64,000 bases of DNA from a virus (IMGVR_UViG_3300028392_000067:512-64511), one strand, 5' to 3'; shown: positions 38,659-49,842, counted from the first letter of the stretch. The notes: generated by a model not told the origin, from the sequence alone. Made by a program: numbers and translations.

Positions 38659-39369
38659 TTATTGTCCTTGTGTTGTTACCATATTAGCGTATTGTTCAAC
38701 TTGAGAATTCTGTAAACTTACTCCTACTAATTTTAATATTCTAGAAATAATTTCTAATTTATCTACATCATACCACAATGGTTGTACGCTGCCAGTTGGT
38801 TGAGTAATTGGATTATATGGAATAGGATTATAAACAGGTCTTCCATTAGCATCTAAATTATATCCCCATATCACAGTAGGAGGATTACTTATATAAGTAT
38901 ATTTTAAATTAGTTAATGCAACAGAATTATCTGTTGTATTTGGATAAATTTTATAACCAGTATCATTTATTAAATAAATAGGATTTGTTGCTATAGGATC
39001 AATTTCACTTCTTAAATAAGAATATAAACTATCTTGTTGAACAAATCTTACTCTTTCATTAGCAGAAGTTCTAATTGAATCTGTTTGTAAATAATCAATT
39101 GGATATAAATAAATGCCTGCTGCATCTGGAGTAAAAGTTACATTTTTAATAAAAGGTGCAACTCTTTGTCTAGTATCTTCATTTTGGCTATAACTTATTC
39201 TTGCCTGTGGTCTTCCTGGTTGATATTGTTGAAATTCTCCCAATAAATAATCCATATAGCTTATCTGAGCTTGATTAGCTAATAAATTGAACTGTGAAGG
39301 AGTCAAATAGCCATTTTGCGCTTTATTTATCGCATATTGGCATACTTGGTACATATCATTAATGTTCAT
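38659..39369 (-). CDS. tail ring/adaptor protein
   Basis: NK.QNGYLTP.QFN..ANQAQ and Y...P..V.WGY motifs of Bacteroidota podophage ring proteins as recalled. Confidence 0.65.
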   Translation of the reverse strand: MNINDMYQVCQYAINKAQNGYLTPSQFNLLANQAQISYMDYLLGEFQQYQPGRPQARISYSQNEDTRQRVAPFIKNVTFTPDAAGIYLYPIDYLQTDSIRTSANERVRFVQQDSLYSYLRSEIDPIATNPIYLINDTGYKIYPNTTDNSVALTNLKYTYISNPPTVIWGYNLDANGRPVYNPIPYNPITQPTGSVQPLWYDVDKLEIISRILKLVGVSLQNSQVEQYANMVTTQGQ

Positions 39370-39407
39370 GTAAAAAAATTATACCCAAATATACAAAAAT
39401 AAAAAAT

Positions 39408-39440
39408 AAAAAAGCCCGTAATTTTTAGATTACAGGCTTA
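39408..39440 (-). terminator. intrinsic terminator after capsid operon
   Basis: AGCCCGTAAT/ATTACAGGCT hairpin followed by T-run on the minus strand. Confidence 0.6.
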
Positions 39441-39462
39441 TTTTAGATGGAAAGTAACAAAT

Positions 39463-40347
39463 TTATTGCATCTTTTTTAATTGATTCAAGAAATTAACAC
39501 TATCGTCATTAGGCATTAATGCAAAATCAACTAAATATGCATTTGGAGGCGTAGCTGGAGGTATCTTACAGATAAATCCACCATCAGAAGCCCAATATGC
39601 AGATCCTGGTTTAATACCTAAGTCAATTTTACCTGAAATAATTGCATTTTTAACGATATAAGCAACTTCAACTTCTTTACTTCCAGCACTTTGCATAAAT
39701 TTTGCTGGTTGTGCTTCAGCATAAAACTCATAGTCATTTCTAAGAGCTTCAGTAGTTTTAGGTATGCTTAATTCATCAAAGAACGGAATTCCAAGATATG
39801 TAGCATGTTTCTTCATATCCTCATCTGACTGCATAGAAGCGAACTTAATAGCCTCAATTCTAGCTATACGCTTGCTTCTTTCAAGTTCAGCCTGACGAAC
39901 TGGATTCCATTCAAAAAAGGTTAATTTTCTTGTTCCTCTTTTGTTTGGATTATCAACATTAGCATTACATTTTTCTAAGAATTCAAGTGCTACAGTATCA
40001 TAACTAGGAACTCTAAGTACACGATTATCAAAAATAAGAGTTCTTCTATTTGAAGAAACATAACTAGGTTCTAAACCTTTTTGATCTCTTTGATAAATAG
40101 TATCTACACCTCTAAGCAATCTGATTCTTATCATTTTTTTCTCTTGAGGGTCCCATACATCATCTGTAGCTTCCATATGATATTTACCTTTTTTGGTAGT
40201 ATCACTAAGCTTAAAAATTCTAAATGATTCAGCAGAAGCCTGGTCTGGCATTCTATTTCCTGCATCTACAGATTCCTCTATTTGTCTTGTTTCTCTTGAA
40301 ACATCTTCTCCTGATAAGGAGTAGTTTAAATCCTTTAAACGTGCCAT
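39463..40347 (-). CDS. conserved capsid-adjacent protein
   Basis: 294 aa immediately after MCP. Confidence 0.55.
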   Translation of the reverse strand: MARLKDLNYSLSGEDVSRETRQIEESVDAGNRMPDQASAESFRIFKLSDTTKKGKYHMEATDDVWDPQEKKMIRIRLLRGVDTIYQRDQKGLEPSYVSSNRRTLIFDNRVLRVPSYDTVALEFLEKCNANVDNPNKRGTRKLTFFEWNPVRQAELERSKRIARIEAIKFASMQSDEDMKKHATYLGIPFFDELSIPKTTEALRNDYEFYAEAQPAKFMQSAGSKEVEVAYIVKNAIISGKIDLGIKPGSAYWASDGGFICKIPPATPPNAYLVDFALMPNDDSVNFLNQLKKMQ

Positions 40348-40422
40348 AAAATGGTTTTAAATGTTTAAAATAAGGCAGCGACAACAATTAAGTTGCCGCC
40401 ACCGATATTATTTTTGGTCTAA

Positions 40423-41832
40423 TTATTGACCTTGAACAATGATGAATTGGTTTGCTGCACAAACACGAGTTGAACGGTAAGTAATCATTGCGATTTGATT
40501 AGTCATTGTACCGTCAGTTGGGTTTGGAGATCCACCACCATATTGCCATACACGAATACCATTACCAACAGTTCCGCCTTTAGGTGGCTCTTGGTACATA
40601 ACTGTGATATTCTTGTAAACTTGAGCTGTTTTAGCATCTTTAGTTTCACCCATTGGGTAGATTAAACCGAAATTACGGAAATAATCAACTTGAGGAGTTA
40701 AACCAGTAGTAACTTCAGAGTTAAATTGAGGATATTTCTTAACAGATAATAAATAACCATCAATGAAAATTTCTTGGAAACCATAAGCTACAGAAGCTTC
40801 TTTTGATTTTTCGCCTTGTCCGTAAACAAAAGCACCAGCAGGGTAAGCAGCGAAGATACCATCACTGAAGTCTTGTCTTTGGAAGATGTCAGTTAACCAT
40901 GCAGATTGCTTTGCACAACCGTTAACGTCCATGATACGAGTGATTTCATGTAATTTAGCAATATCTAAAGAACCTGGAGTATAACCTACAGTTTCACCAT
41001 TTGCTACTACTTTAGGAATGATACCTTGAGCACCTGGAGAATTAGATAAACCACTGTTATTTTGGATATTACCACGCATTAATTTTGCTTCTACGTTGTT
41101 TTTAAAACGAACAAGAGTCTTATACATACCTTTGTAAGTAAACGCAGTTACACCGTTTGCAGCCATATCAGCAGAAACAGGATATTCGTAGTATGTATCA
41201 GCCATTTGAGCCAAGTCAGTATTGCTCCAACCATCACGAATTTCAGTGATATTATTGTTATACTTTTGGTCTAAATGGATTAAAGGATTGATTTGTTGAG
41301 AAGCTTCACCAGCATCTACATCACCTCCAAATAATAAAACCTCACCTGCTAATAAAGAGCCAGAACCTGCTGAAGCAAATCCTTGAGTAGATATTTTTGG
41401 ACGAACTGTGAATGTGAAAGCATAAGGAGTAGTTGTGTCAATTGACAAAATCACACCCTCAATGTTGCTTGAAGCAACACGTAAAGTTTCATTAACTCTT
41501 AATGGAGATTCAGTACCACTAGCGTAGTAAGCTTCAGATCCTAAAGTTAAAGTAACAGTTGCACCTGCTGCTGCTGTAACTGTACTTGCGTTAGTTACAC
41601 CTGGCATTAATTTACCTCTGTTTTCAAACCAGAAGAAATTTTGGTTTTTTACTTCTTCCATTCCACTATGAGCAGCTAACCACCAAGTAAAATCTTCGTT
41701 ACCATACTTTTCAGTATAGTATTTGTAATACTGAGGAGTTAATAATTGTAAATCTACCATTAACTGGCGATTCTGGGATTGCAACGACACTGCACCTGGT
41801 TGCAAAATATTTGAGGTTGGTATTCCAGCCAT
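40423..41832 (-). CDS. major capsid protein
   Basis: 469 aa, after scaffold and portal, highly expressed codon style, downstream hairpin 40374-40400. Confidence 0.8.
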   Translation of the reverse strand: MAGIPTSNILQPGAVSLQSQNRQLMVDLQLLTPQYYKYYTEKYGNEDFTWWLAAHSGMEEVKNQNFFWFENRGKLMPGVTNASTVTAAAGATVTLTLGSEAYYASGTESPLRVNETLRVASSNIEGVILSIDTTTPYAFTFTVRPKISTQGFASAGSGSLLAGEVLLFGGDVDAGEASQQINPLIHLDQKYNNNITEIRDGWSNTDLAQMADTYYEYPVSADMAANGVTAFTYKGMYKTLVRFKNNVEAKLMRGNIQNNSGLSNSPGAQGIIPKVVANGETVGYTPGSLDIAKLHEITRIMDVNGCAKQSAWLTDIFQRQDFSDGIFAAYPAGAFVYGQGEKSKEASVAYGFQEIFIDGYLLSVKKYPQFNSEVTTGLTPQVDYFRNFGLIYPMGETKDAKTAQVYKNITVMYQEPPKGGTVGNGIRVWQYGGGSPNPTDGTMTNQIAMITYRSTRVCAANQFIIVQGQ

Positions 41833-41875
41833 TTTTTTTAATTTTTAAAATAATGCTCTTGCCAAGAGCAAATAA

Positions 41876-43063
41876 TCAAGATCTAAACGCCCACATTGCC
41901 AAATCATCCATTTGCGCATTTGGACTAGGCTGTGGTGTTCCTTGAGGCGTTTTTTGATTTATAGTAACATTACCCGAATTCTTGATATAAGCTAACTTAA
42001 CTTGAGATGCTGCCTCATTCACTAGTTTTTTAGAGATTTTATCAAAATTTTCTAACAAGTATATGTCTTGCATAGCTTGTTTTACATTTGGAGTTCCATC
42101 TTTGTTAAACCAACGATTTTCATAATAAGCATCTGAATCAAAATCTGAAAGCCTATTTTTTAAATCTAATTTTTCTTCTTCAGAAATATTGAAATTAACA
42201 GGCATTTCGACATCCTCGTCCTTTACTGTTACTTCAAAACCATTGAAGTTTTTAAAATCAGATTCAAGTGTTCGTTCATAAACTTGTCTAGCTTGCATAG
42301 CCATTTCGAATGCTTCTCTACTTTGTTCTTCTTGCTGTTCAAGTCCATAAACGTCAGGTAATCTTATATCACTTTTTAATTTCTCTAATTCTGGTCTGAT
42401 AACTTTCGCATCAATAATCATTCTTTTTTCTATGAAATCTATTTCATTTTGCCAATTGCTTAACTTTTGATCATAGTCTTCATCTGTGTCTTCAAATGAC
42501 TTTTCAGGTCTTTGTGGGAAATTATAATTCTGATAAAATAAAAGATCTACTTCATCATTCGTTAAATCCTGATATTTATTTTGGATATTAGTTCGAATGA
42601 TATCTGCAGCTAAGTTACCATTAATTTCTGAAGTTGTCAACTTTTCAAGCTTCTTTTGTTTGTTTAAAACATCATAAATTTCATCAATTTTTCCTTCTTG
42701 AATTGCATTAAACAAGTTTCTACTTGTTTCATTTTCAAAATTAAATCCAGAATTTTTTGATTCTTTTATTTTTTTAAACTCTTGCTCTGCTTGCTCTACA
42801 TTATCAAAACCAAATTTTTCTTTAACAAATTGGTTAGGATCAAATGTAGATTGTCCTGTTTCCTGAACTTGAGCCTTTTCAGGGGATGCTTCTTGTGAAG
42901 AAGTATTTTGTTGTTCTACAGGAGCACTTTGTGTTGGCTCTTGTACTTGTTGAGTAGGGGCCTCTTCTACTCTTTGTTGTGTTTGCACTTGTTGTGCATC
43001 ATCCGAAAATGGATTGAAGCCTTCCGCTAGCTCAATTGGAGCTGCTCCGTTATTCTCTGGCAT
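41876..43063 (-). CDS. scaffolding protein
   Basis: acidic Q/E-rich disordered N-terminus, helical, precedes MCP. Confidence 0.65.
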   Translation of the reverse strand: MPENNGAAPIELAEGFNPFSDDAQQVQTQQRVEEAPTQQVQEPTQSAPVEQQNTSSQEASPEKAQVQETGQSTFDPNQFVKEKFGFDNVEQAEQEFKKIKESKNSGFNFENETSRNLFNAIQEGKIDEIYDVLNKQKKLEKLTTSEINGNLAADIIRTNIQNKYQDLTNDEVDLLFYQNYNFPQRPEKSFEDTDEDYDQKLSNWQNEIDFIEKRMIIDAKVIRPELEKLKSDIRLPDVYGLEQQEEQSREAFEMAMQARQVYERTLESDFKNFNGFEVTVKDEDVEMPVNFNISEEEKLDLKNRLSDFDSDAYYENRWFNKDGTPNVKQAMQDIYLLENFDKISKKLVNEAASQVKLAYIKNSGNVTINQKTPQGTPQPSPNAQMDDLAMWAFRS

Positions 43064-43134
43064 AAAATGCTGATTTGGTTTCTATTTTATATTAAAGCAC
43101 ACCTATATTTATATGCTCTATTTTACTTAATTAA

Positions 43135-43680
43135 TTATACACAAGGTGAACAAGAACTTGTTACTGTAGCAACACTAGTTCCATTAGTTAATACAGAATA
43201 ATATTGTCCTCCAAATGAAATATAACCAGTACCTATTGGTGCAAATGAAAAGTCTATACTTGTTAACTGAGTAGAACTACAGAAGGTAGCACTATTACCT
43301 GTTACGGAAAAAGTACCAAAAGCAGGAGAACCTGAACAAGCATCAGCTCCACTATTACCATATTTTATAGTGTCTGAAAATGGAATAATTGTTGTTGTAG
43401 TTGTTGTAGTAGGTATATAAAAACTTATAGCTCCTGTTGAACTAAAAGTAATAACATATTTTACACTTTTATTTGTCAATAATTGAACTGAATAATAATT
43501 ATTTGCTAAACCAAATACTGGTTGTGTTAATCTACTATCACCATATAATAAATTACTAGTAGATAAAGTATCAGTTGTAGCATAAACCACTCTTCCGCCT
43601 TGAGATACACCTTCAGCAGTTGCTTCTGCACCTGTTGAATAAGGATTAAGGGATAATAAATATCCTATTGAATTTGCCAT
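43135..43680 (-). CDS. head-associated protein with poly-Thr linker and Cys-bracketed C-domain
   Basis: PTTTTTTTII then GNSGADACSG...CSPCV. Confidence 0.55.
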   Translation of the reverse strand: MANSIGYLLSLNPYSTGAEATAEGVSQGGRVVYATTDTLSTSNLLYGDSRLTQPVFGLANNYYSVQLLTNKSVKYVITFSSTGAISFYIPTTTTTTTIIPFSDTIKYGNSGADACSGSPAFGTFSVTGNSATFCSSTQLTSIDFSFAPIGTGYISFGGQYYSVLTNGTSVATVTSSCSPCV

Positions 43681-43681
43681 T

Positions 43682-44029
43682 TTATTGTAATTTTAAATAT
43701 TTACCAATAATACCGAACTCAACAATACCACTAGTAGCAATAGATGAAATATCGGTTTTTGTAGTTAAATTTACTCCAAGAACTGTTATCCAGTTGATTG
43801 GTACTTCTGGTGCAGGTAATAACTGACCTGTAATTGCGCCATCATCGTTAGTAGTAGTAAATGCAATTGAAGCAGATGGGCTTACAAATTGAACTACTGC
43901 AGAATCCCATCCTGATAAATCTTGAAAATAACTACCATTAGCATTAAAAGAATCAGTTGCATCTACAACTGTACTAATTTTAGAACTAAATTTTTGAAGT
44001 CTTATTAAAAGCTTACTTACCGTTGCCAT
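43682..44029 (-). CDS. small structural protein
   Basis: context. Confidence 0.5.
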   Translation of the reverse strand: MATVSKLLIRLQKFSSKISTVVDATDSFNANGSYFQDLSGWDSAVVQFVSPSASIAFTTTNDDGAITGQLLPAPEVPINWITVLGVNLTTKTDISSIATSGIVEFGIIGKYLKLQ

Positions 44030-44053
44030 TTTTATTAATTTTTATATTTTTAT

Positions 44054-46531
44054 TTATTGTTGTTGCATTTGCATTTGTTGTGCCATCATTTGTTGATCTT
44101 CTGGTGACATTTCTTGTTGTTCTTGTTCTTGAGGTTCTTGTTGTGGTTCCATTTGTTCTTCTTGTGGTCCCTGTTGCTGTTCTTGTCCTTCACCTTGCTG
44201 TTGTTGCATAGCTTGTTGTTGTTGCATAGCTGCTTGTTGAAGTTGCTGAACTTGTTGATTTAATTGATAATTATCAATAGATAGTGGCATTTCAATATTT
44301 TGCAACATCTCCTGAATCAAAGGTTGTAATTGAGCTGGTACAGGCAAATTAGCTTTAGCTAAATCAAACATACCTTGAATAATAATTTCCCTTTCTTTTG
44401 CTTGAGTTTGCTTATCTAATAAAGCCTCATCACCTTGTGCTTTAGCTTGTTGACTAGCTTGCTGTATTTGAGCATTTTGTTGACTATTATTTTGTGCTTG
44501 CTCTTGTTCACCCTGAATCATTCTTTTTTGAGCTTGTCTAAAATATAATTCACCTAATTCTGCATTTTCTCTTGCTATTCTCATTACTTTAAATGGATCT
44601 AAATAAAGAACCATTGTTGGATTAGAAGCAATAGCATTATTCATCATTGCTTCTAGTTTTGCTAAATCAATATCAGTAGGCAACATTTTAACTTTAGCAA
44701 TAAAATTTCTATTTTGAACTTCTTCTTGTTTTAATAATTCTCTGTATTTTTTAGCACCAAATGCAACACTTTTATTTAAAAGCGCAGCAACTTTTTTACC
44801 TGTTTCTTCCATTACTTGAGTAAATGCATCATACATATAATCTGTAGCATTATTTGCTAATGTTTGAGATGCAGCTACATTTTGAGATGTAACTCTTGGC
44901 TGTGCAGCTTGCATAGCTAAATTAGGATCATCACCTAATTCATCTTTTAATATTTTATAATGGAAATCATATAAATTAATCAAAGCTTGTAATTGTGGAG
45001 CAAATCCAGTATTAGCTAATTCGGTAATTGGTACTGGTATTCTATTACCTTCAGCATCTCTACCACGATAATAAAGTTTACCTGTTTGCTCCCATATTTT
45101 TTGTACATCTAAAGGTTTAACTGAATCACCTAAACCTAAATCCAATTCCTGCATAGCATCAACATCAATAGAAGCTCCTGCAGGTACCATTTTAGCAACT
45201 AATTGCTGTATTTTTAATCTTGACAAAATCATTTGTTCAAGAGGCTCTTCAATTTTTTCAGGAACAGCTACGTTTCTCATATCATATGTCTGATACATAT
45301 AAAAACTATAAGAAAATTCCGCATCACCAACTTGTTTTGGATCTTGTGGACGTATCATGTTCTTTTTAATATTCCACTTTAAAATTTGTTGAGTAATTGG
45401 GCAATATACACCTTCATATATATTCCATTTTTTCTCTTCTAAATATTCTTGATTTTCATCTAATTTTTCTGGTTTACCCTTTTTTATAATGGTACTACCA
45501 TTCTTTTTTGTTTTTGTAATAGTATATCCAGTAGAATCTAATGTTTTAATTTCAAAATTCATTAAATCAATATTCCACTCATCATATGGACGTAAATAAG
45601 CTACGTTCCAATCTTGCATCCATTTTATCTTATCTGTTAATTGATATTCTTTTGCAAACTGTGCTATTTTAAATATTTCTTCTTCAGTTAAAGTTCCACC
45701 ATTTTCTTTACCAAACTTAGCCCTTATATCACTTATTTTCATTGATAAAATATGACCACGATACGTAGTATCTCTAAAATCTGGAAAATCAGAATATGAA
45801 TAAATAGCATTTTCAGGTCTTATCCAATCTACATGTATTTCACCTTCATCATCCATCCATGTGTAAGTACATACCAATCCAACTTCTGCTGAATCGTGTA
45901 ATATTCTTTCTTTTAATACATCATTCCAACCATTAGCTTCAAATACATTATTTATACCTATACTATATTTTATTTCTTCAGGCAAATGATTGAATTCAGA
46001 AACCCATAAATCTAAATCATCTTGGTCTTCTGCAACAAATTGATTTTGAGGAATTAAAGTAACACCTGATTCTTGTTGTAATTGGGCAAGAGCTTCTTTA
46101 TTTTGATAAATATAAGAAGCATCATCAATAGCATTTTTCTTTTCTTTAATAGAAATTGGATCTACAGCTGTAGCTGAAATCTTTTCTCTTCTATTCATCC
46201 ATGAACCAACTAATCTTGCAACAATAGTATTACCAATAATAATTGATTTCCAATTAATATTTACATAATTTGCCTTACCATTCATTTCTAGTCTATCTAG
46301 AAATACACTCATATCCATTTTACCATTCGCAATCTGCCTATTTTTTCTAAATCTATTATTTCTAATCCAAAAATAAGATTGATTACCATAAATGGTAGAA
46401 TATATATTTTGTGCGACTTTTTTTCCATATGTCATATCTGACTTGGACTTAACATCAGTAGTAAGCTGAAAATCTTTCAGAGCTTGACCACTAGCATTAT
46501 TCGGGCTTATATATAAAGGACTATCTGACAA
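44054..46531 (-). CDS. portal protein
   Basis: 825 aa after terminase, Q-rich coiled C-terminus, TTG start. Confidence 0.8.
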   Translation of the reverse strand: MSDSPLYISPNNASGQALKDFQLTTDVKSKSDMTYGKKVAQNIYSTIYGNQSYFWIRNNRFRKNRQIANGKMDMSVFLDRLEMNGKANYVNINWKSIIIGNTIVARLVGSWMNRREKISATAVDPISIKEKKNAIDDASYIYQNKEALAQLQQESGVTLIPQNQFVAEDQDDLDLWVSEFNHLPEEIKYSIGINNVFEANGWNDVLKERILHDSAEVGLVCTYTWMDDEGEIHVDWIRPENAIYSYSDFPDFRDTTYRGHILSMKISDIRAKFGKENGGTLTEEEIFKIAQFAKEYQLTDKIKWMQDWNVAYLRPYDEWNIDLMNFEIKTLDSTGYTITKTKKNGSTIIKKGKPEKLDENQEYLEEKKWNIYEGVYCPITQQILKWNIKKNMIRPQDPKQVGDAEFSYSFYMYQTYDMRNVAVPEKIEEPLEQMILSRLKIQQLVAKMVPAGASIDVDAMQELDLGLGDSVKPLDVQKIWEQTGKLYYRGRDAEGNRIPVPITELANTGFAPQLQALINLYDFHYKILKDELGDDPNLAMQAAQPRVTSQNVAASQTLANNATDYMYDAFTQVMEETGKKVAALLNKSVAFGAKKYRELLKQEEVQNRNFIAKVKMLPTDIDLAKLEAMMNNAIASNPTMVLYLDPFKVMRIARENAELGELYFRQAQKRMIQGEQEQAQNNSQQNAQIQQASQQAKAQGDEALLDKQTQAKEREIIIQGMFDLAKANLPVPAQLQPLIQEMLQNIEMPLSIDNYQLNQQVQQLQQAAMQQQQAMQQQQGEGQEQQQGPQEEQMEPQQEPQEQEQQEMSPEDQQMMAQQMQMQQQ

Positions 46532-46592
46532 CTTGAGTTGATTTTATAATGTCAAATATAACAAATATCTAGAAATTATTTAAAAAAAATAA

Positions 46593-48641
46593 TTATTGAA
46601 GGGATATTGGGTAACTTTTTACTAATGGTTCCTTTTTAATTTGCATAGGTACTGGTTCCATTAAACATACTAAAAGCATCAAAAAAGATACAGTTTGGTC
46701 AAAATCTGTTCTATTATTTGGATCAAATTTCTTAGCATCTTCTAATAAATTCTCAAAATCTATAGCATCTATATGGTTTTCAAAATACATTATACCAGTA
46801 TCAGCCTGTTTTGTCAAACTAAAAGGAGTTGTTGGGAACCCTTTATATCTTTCTTGCGTATCTCTTTTTGATGGGTCTATAGCCGTAAGTGGATAACTTC
46901 CCAAATAACCAACACGCCCCCTATCTCTAAAATAAGATAAATAATCATCTGAGTTATGCTCATACCAAACCTTATACCCATAATATTCTGCAGCTAAAAG
47001 GACTTGTTCATGTAATGTTTCTTTAACTTGTGGTCTGCCATAAAGATGCCCAATAGCTCTACCAGTCTTATCTGGCTCCAACATATTATATCTTCTTCCA
47101 ATCCAAGCAGACGCTTTTGAACCATATTTACCACCTTGACTATTACTATATCCATCTATTGCAATAGCTCCATCATTAATTCTTTTTGGAATTCTATGTT
47201 TTATATCAATAACATGCTTATTTTCTTCACCAGGTGGTGGAAATTGTGTAATTTTCCAATGAAAATCCTGCTCTTTATCTGTAATTTCTCTCCATCTTAC
47301 TTTTTGATCTATATCTCTATAAAACCATACACATCTTTTCAAAACAGGATTTTCTTTTAAATAAGCTTCTCTAGATGCTATATTAAGTACATTAAAAATA
47401 CATTTATCAGAATCTGTACTAAATGCTTCATCAATAGTTAAAGGTTCTTTCCTAATACGTGCAGAAAGAGCTCTAGAATTGTTTTTTACTGTTTCTCTAT
47501 CAGCCTGTATCTGTGCTTCAGTTAAATTTTCATCAGGGAAACCAAAATCATCAAAATTTCTTGTGCGTTTTGCAGACATAAAAAATCTATACAATCCACT
47601 AGAAGTTGTACCATTTTCCTGTCTTTTACCTTGGTCTGACTCATCCCATAGCAATTTAAATGCATCTTGGATTCCATCTTTTTCTGTACCTAATTTTTCT
47701 ACAGTTGTAGTATAAAGTGCTTTACCAATAATTTTACCTTCATCATCTAGCATACAATAACGAACAACCTCGTGTCTGTCATAAACATTAACTTCTGTTG
47801 TTTTACCACACTCATCAGCTACATATCTATGTAATTTTTGACCATCATAAGCTACTGTTTCGGCAGATTGAAAGTCAATTACAGATCCTAATTCATCTTT
47901 ATCGATGTTTTCTTCAGCTTTTTTACCTCTTACATTGGTTTTTTGGAATCTCATTTCTGACTTTGGATTAACACCCAAAGACATATCATATTCAGGTCTA
48001 AAAAACTTAGGAAGTCTTCTAAATGGATTAACTACCGTCTTAGCAAAAAACTTCTTAGCATCTGAACCTGTTTTAGATTGAATTCCACCATTTGTCATTT
48101 TAGTACGTGTGGTATATTCTGTAACAAATAAACCAGCTACAAATGATTTACCAAAACGTCTTTTAGTAACTTCTAACATTCCCATACAATATGGGTCTTC
48201 TATGCAATATTGCATAAAATAAAATTTCTCCAAATCAGGAATCCTAAACTTAGGATAACCAATATCTATAGACCACCATTGTAAATATAAATAATGCAAA
48301 CCTGTTAAATAAGTTGGAATACCATTATTCATGTACCAAAAACCATTTAATCTTCTATCCCACTCTTGTTTTTTATATTCTTCTAGCTTTTCATCATAAA
48401 ATTCAGAATCTTCATCTTTCTTTTTTTTGTCAAATTCATCCCATTTTTTCATTGTATCTGCATACCAAATAGGCAATGGAATTCTTTTCCAATATTGTTC
48501 TTCTTGTTTTTTTGATTTTTCATAAATACCTCTATATTCTAATTTTTTAGTAAGAATATTATAAACATAACCTTCAGGGGGCAGATTACAAATAATGCCT
48601 TGAATATCAATACTTTTACCACCTTCAATTTTTTCGTACAT
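46593..48641 (-). CDS. terL: terminase large subunit
   Basis: KRRFGKS Walker A, YVADECGK Walker B, C-terminal nuclease acidic residues. Confidence 0.9.
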   Translation of the reverse strand: MYEKIEGGKSIDIQGIICNLPPEGYVYNILTKKLEYRGIYEKSKKQEEQYWKRIPLPIWYADTMKKWDEFDKKKKDEDSEFYDEKLEEYKKQEWDRRLNGFWYMNNGIPTYLTGLHYLYLQWWSIDIGYPKFRIPDLEKFYFMQYCIEDPYCMGMLEVTKRRFGKSFVAGLFVTEYTTRTKMTNGGIQSKTGSDAKKFFAKTVVNPFRRLPKFFRPEYDMSLGVNPKSEMRFQKTNVRGKKAEENIDKDELGSVIDFQSAETVAYDGQKLHRYVADECGKTTEVNVYDRHEVVRYCMLDDEGKIIGKALYTTTVEKLGTEKDGIQDAFKLLWDESDQGKRQENGTTSSGLYRFFMSAKRTRNFDDFGFPDENLTEAQIQADRETVKNNSRALSARIRKEPLTIDEAFSTDSDKCIFNVLNIASREAYLKENPVLKRCVWFYRDIDQKVRWREITDKEQDFHWKITQFPPPGEENKHVIDIKHRIPKRINDGAIAIDGYSNSQGGKYGSKASAWIGRRYNMLEPDKTGRAIGHLYGRPQVKETLHEQVLLAAEYYGYKVWYEHNSDDYLSYFRDRGRVGYLGSYPLTAIDPSKRDTQERYKGFPTTPFSLTKQADTGIMYFENHIDAIDFENLLEDAKKFDPNNRTDFDQTVSFLMLLVCLMEPVPMQIKKEPLVKSYPISLQ

Positions 48642-48643
48642 AT

Positions 48644-49045
48644 TTATTTTTTACTTCCTGCAATTTCACCTACTGCATCAGCTACACTTTCTGGTGTAAA
48701 TGGTTTATTTTGAACAATAGGTTCTTTTTTTTCTTTATCTTCCCTTGTTTGTGCTTCTAAATTGTTAACGCCAGAAAGAACTCCAAGAGCCTTAATTGCA
48801 ATAGAAATACTTTCTGCATCAGACCAAATCTTTTGAAGTCTATCAAAAGTTTTCACTTTAGGATCATCAATATCAATGGCTAATAAACTAGTTCTATTTA
48901 ATAATTCTGCCATTTCATTAGCTTTTCTATTAAGAGAATGGTATAATTTACCAACTCCATCTTGTTCATAATAAGCTAATTGTGCTCTTAATTGAGCCTC
49001 TTTATTTTCTAAAAAATTTATTCTTTGCTCTAGCTCTAATGACAT
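48644..49045 (-). CDS. putative terminase small subunit
   Basis: 133-aa helical protein directly upstream of terL. Confidence 0.45.
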   Translation of the reverse strand: MSLELEQRINFLENKEAQLRAQLAYYEQDGVGKLYHSLNRKANEMAELLNRTSLLAIDIDDPKVKTFDRLQKIWSDAESISIAIKALGVLSGVNNLEAQTREDKEKKEPIVQNKPFTPESVADAVGEIAGSKK

Positions 49046-49046
49046 A

Positions 49047-49712
49047 TTAATTTATTTTTTTTGCGTCTAAGTCAGAAAATCCAACTAAAATTTCACCATT
49101 TTTTACTTTTTCTGTAAGCTCAAAATCTATTCCAATAACTTCATTTCTTTCATGCCAGTCTAGATAATATCTAAGTCTTATAATTTTATCTTCAATACCA
49201 TCTTCATTTTGATATATAATTTCATAATCACAAGCTTTTAAAGTTATAACAACTTTTCCCTTTAAATCACCACTTGTAATATACAATCTATCAATTATTT
49301 TTTCAGGTGATATACCCTGGAATGTCCCAAGGTAAGGCTTAAATAATCTTAATGCTGTTATAAAGTTAGGCAAAGTTTTCCATTCATCTTGTTGATCTTT
49401 TCTCCATAAATAACAATCTCCTTCTGGAACTGAGTAAAATTTAACATCAGATGATGCATCTGTAGTTGGTGGTAAATAGTTAAATAACCTGTAAGTATCA
49501 TGAGTAGCATTATGATGAATAAGTATCTCGCTTTCTTCTGGAATGTTTTTAGCATTTACAACTATAGCATTTACAGGCTTTACTTGCCTCATATTAAAAT
49601 TATCGTACCCTCTTGCTAATTTTATTGTTGTTCCATCAGCAAATTTGTGACTATTCTTACTTTCTAAATCAACTTTAATTATTACTCTGTTAGATGGTGC
49701 TATTAATTTCAT
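49047..49712 (-). CDS. GroES-fold-like protein (extended)
   Basis: N-terminal APSNRVIIKV resembles Cpn10; context. Confidence 0.4.
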   Translation of the reverse strand: MKLIAPSNRVIIKVDLESKNSHKFADGTTIKLARGYDNFNMRQVKPVNAIVVNAKNIPEESEILIHHNATHDTYRLFNYLPPTTDASSDVKFYSVPEGDCYLWRKDQQDEWKTLPNFITALRLFKPYLGTFQGISPEKIIDRLYITSGDLKGKVVITLKACDYEIIYQNEDGIEDKIIRLRYYLDWHERNEVIGIDFELTEKVKNGEILVGFSDLDAKKIN

Positions 49713-49842
49713 TTACTATTTTTTTTCAAAGATAAATTTAATTTAATTAAATTAACAAAATTATTATAACTCAATTTTGCTTTTTTATTTTTATATTTGT
49801 TAAGCCAAACAACTATTATATAACAATTAAAATCAAAAAAGA

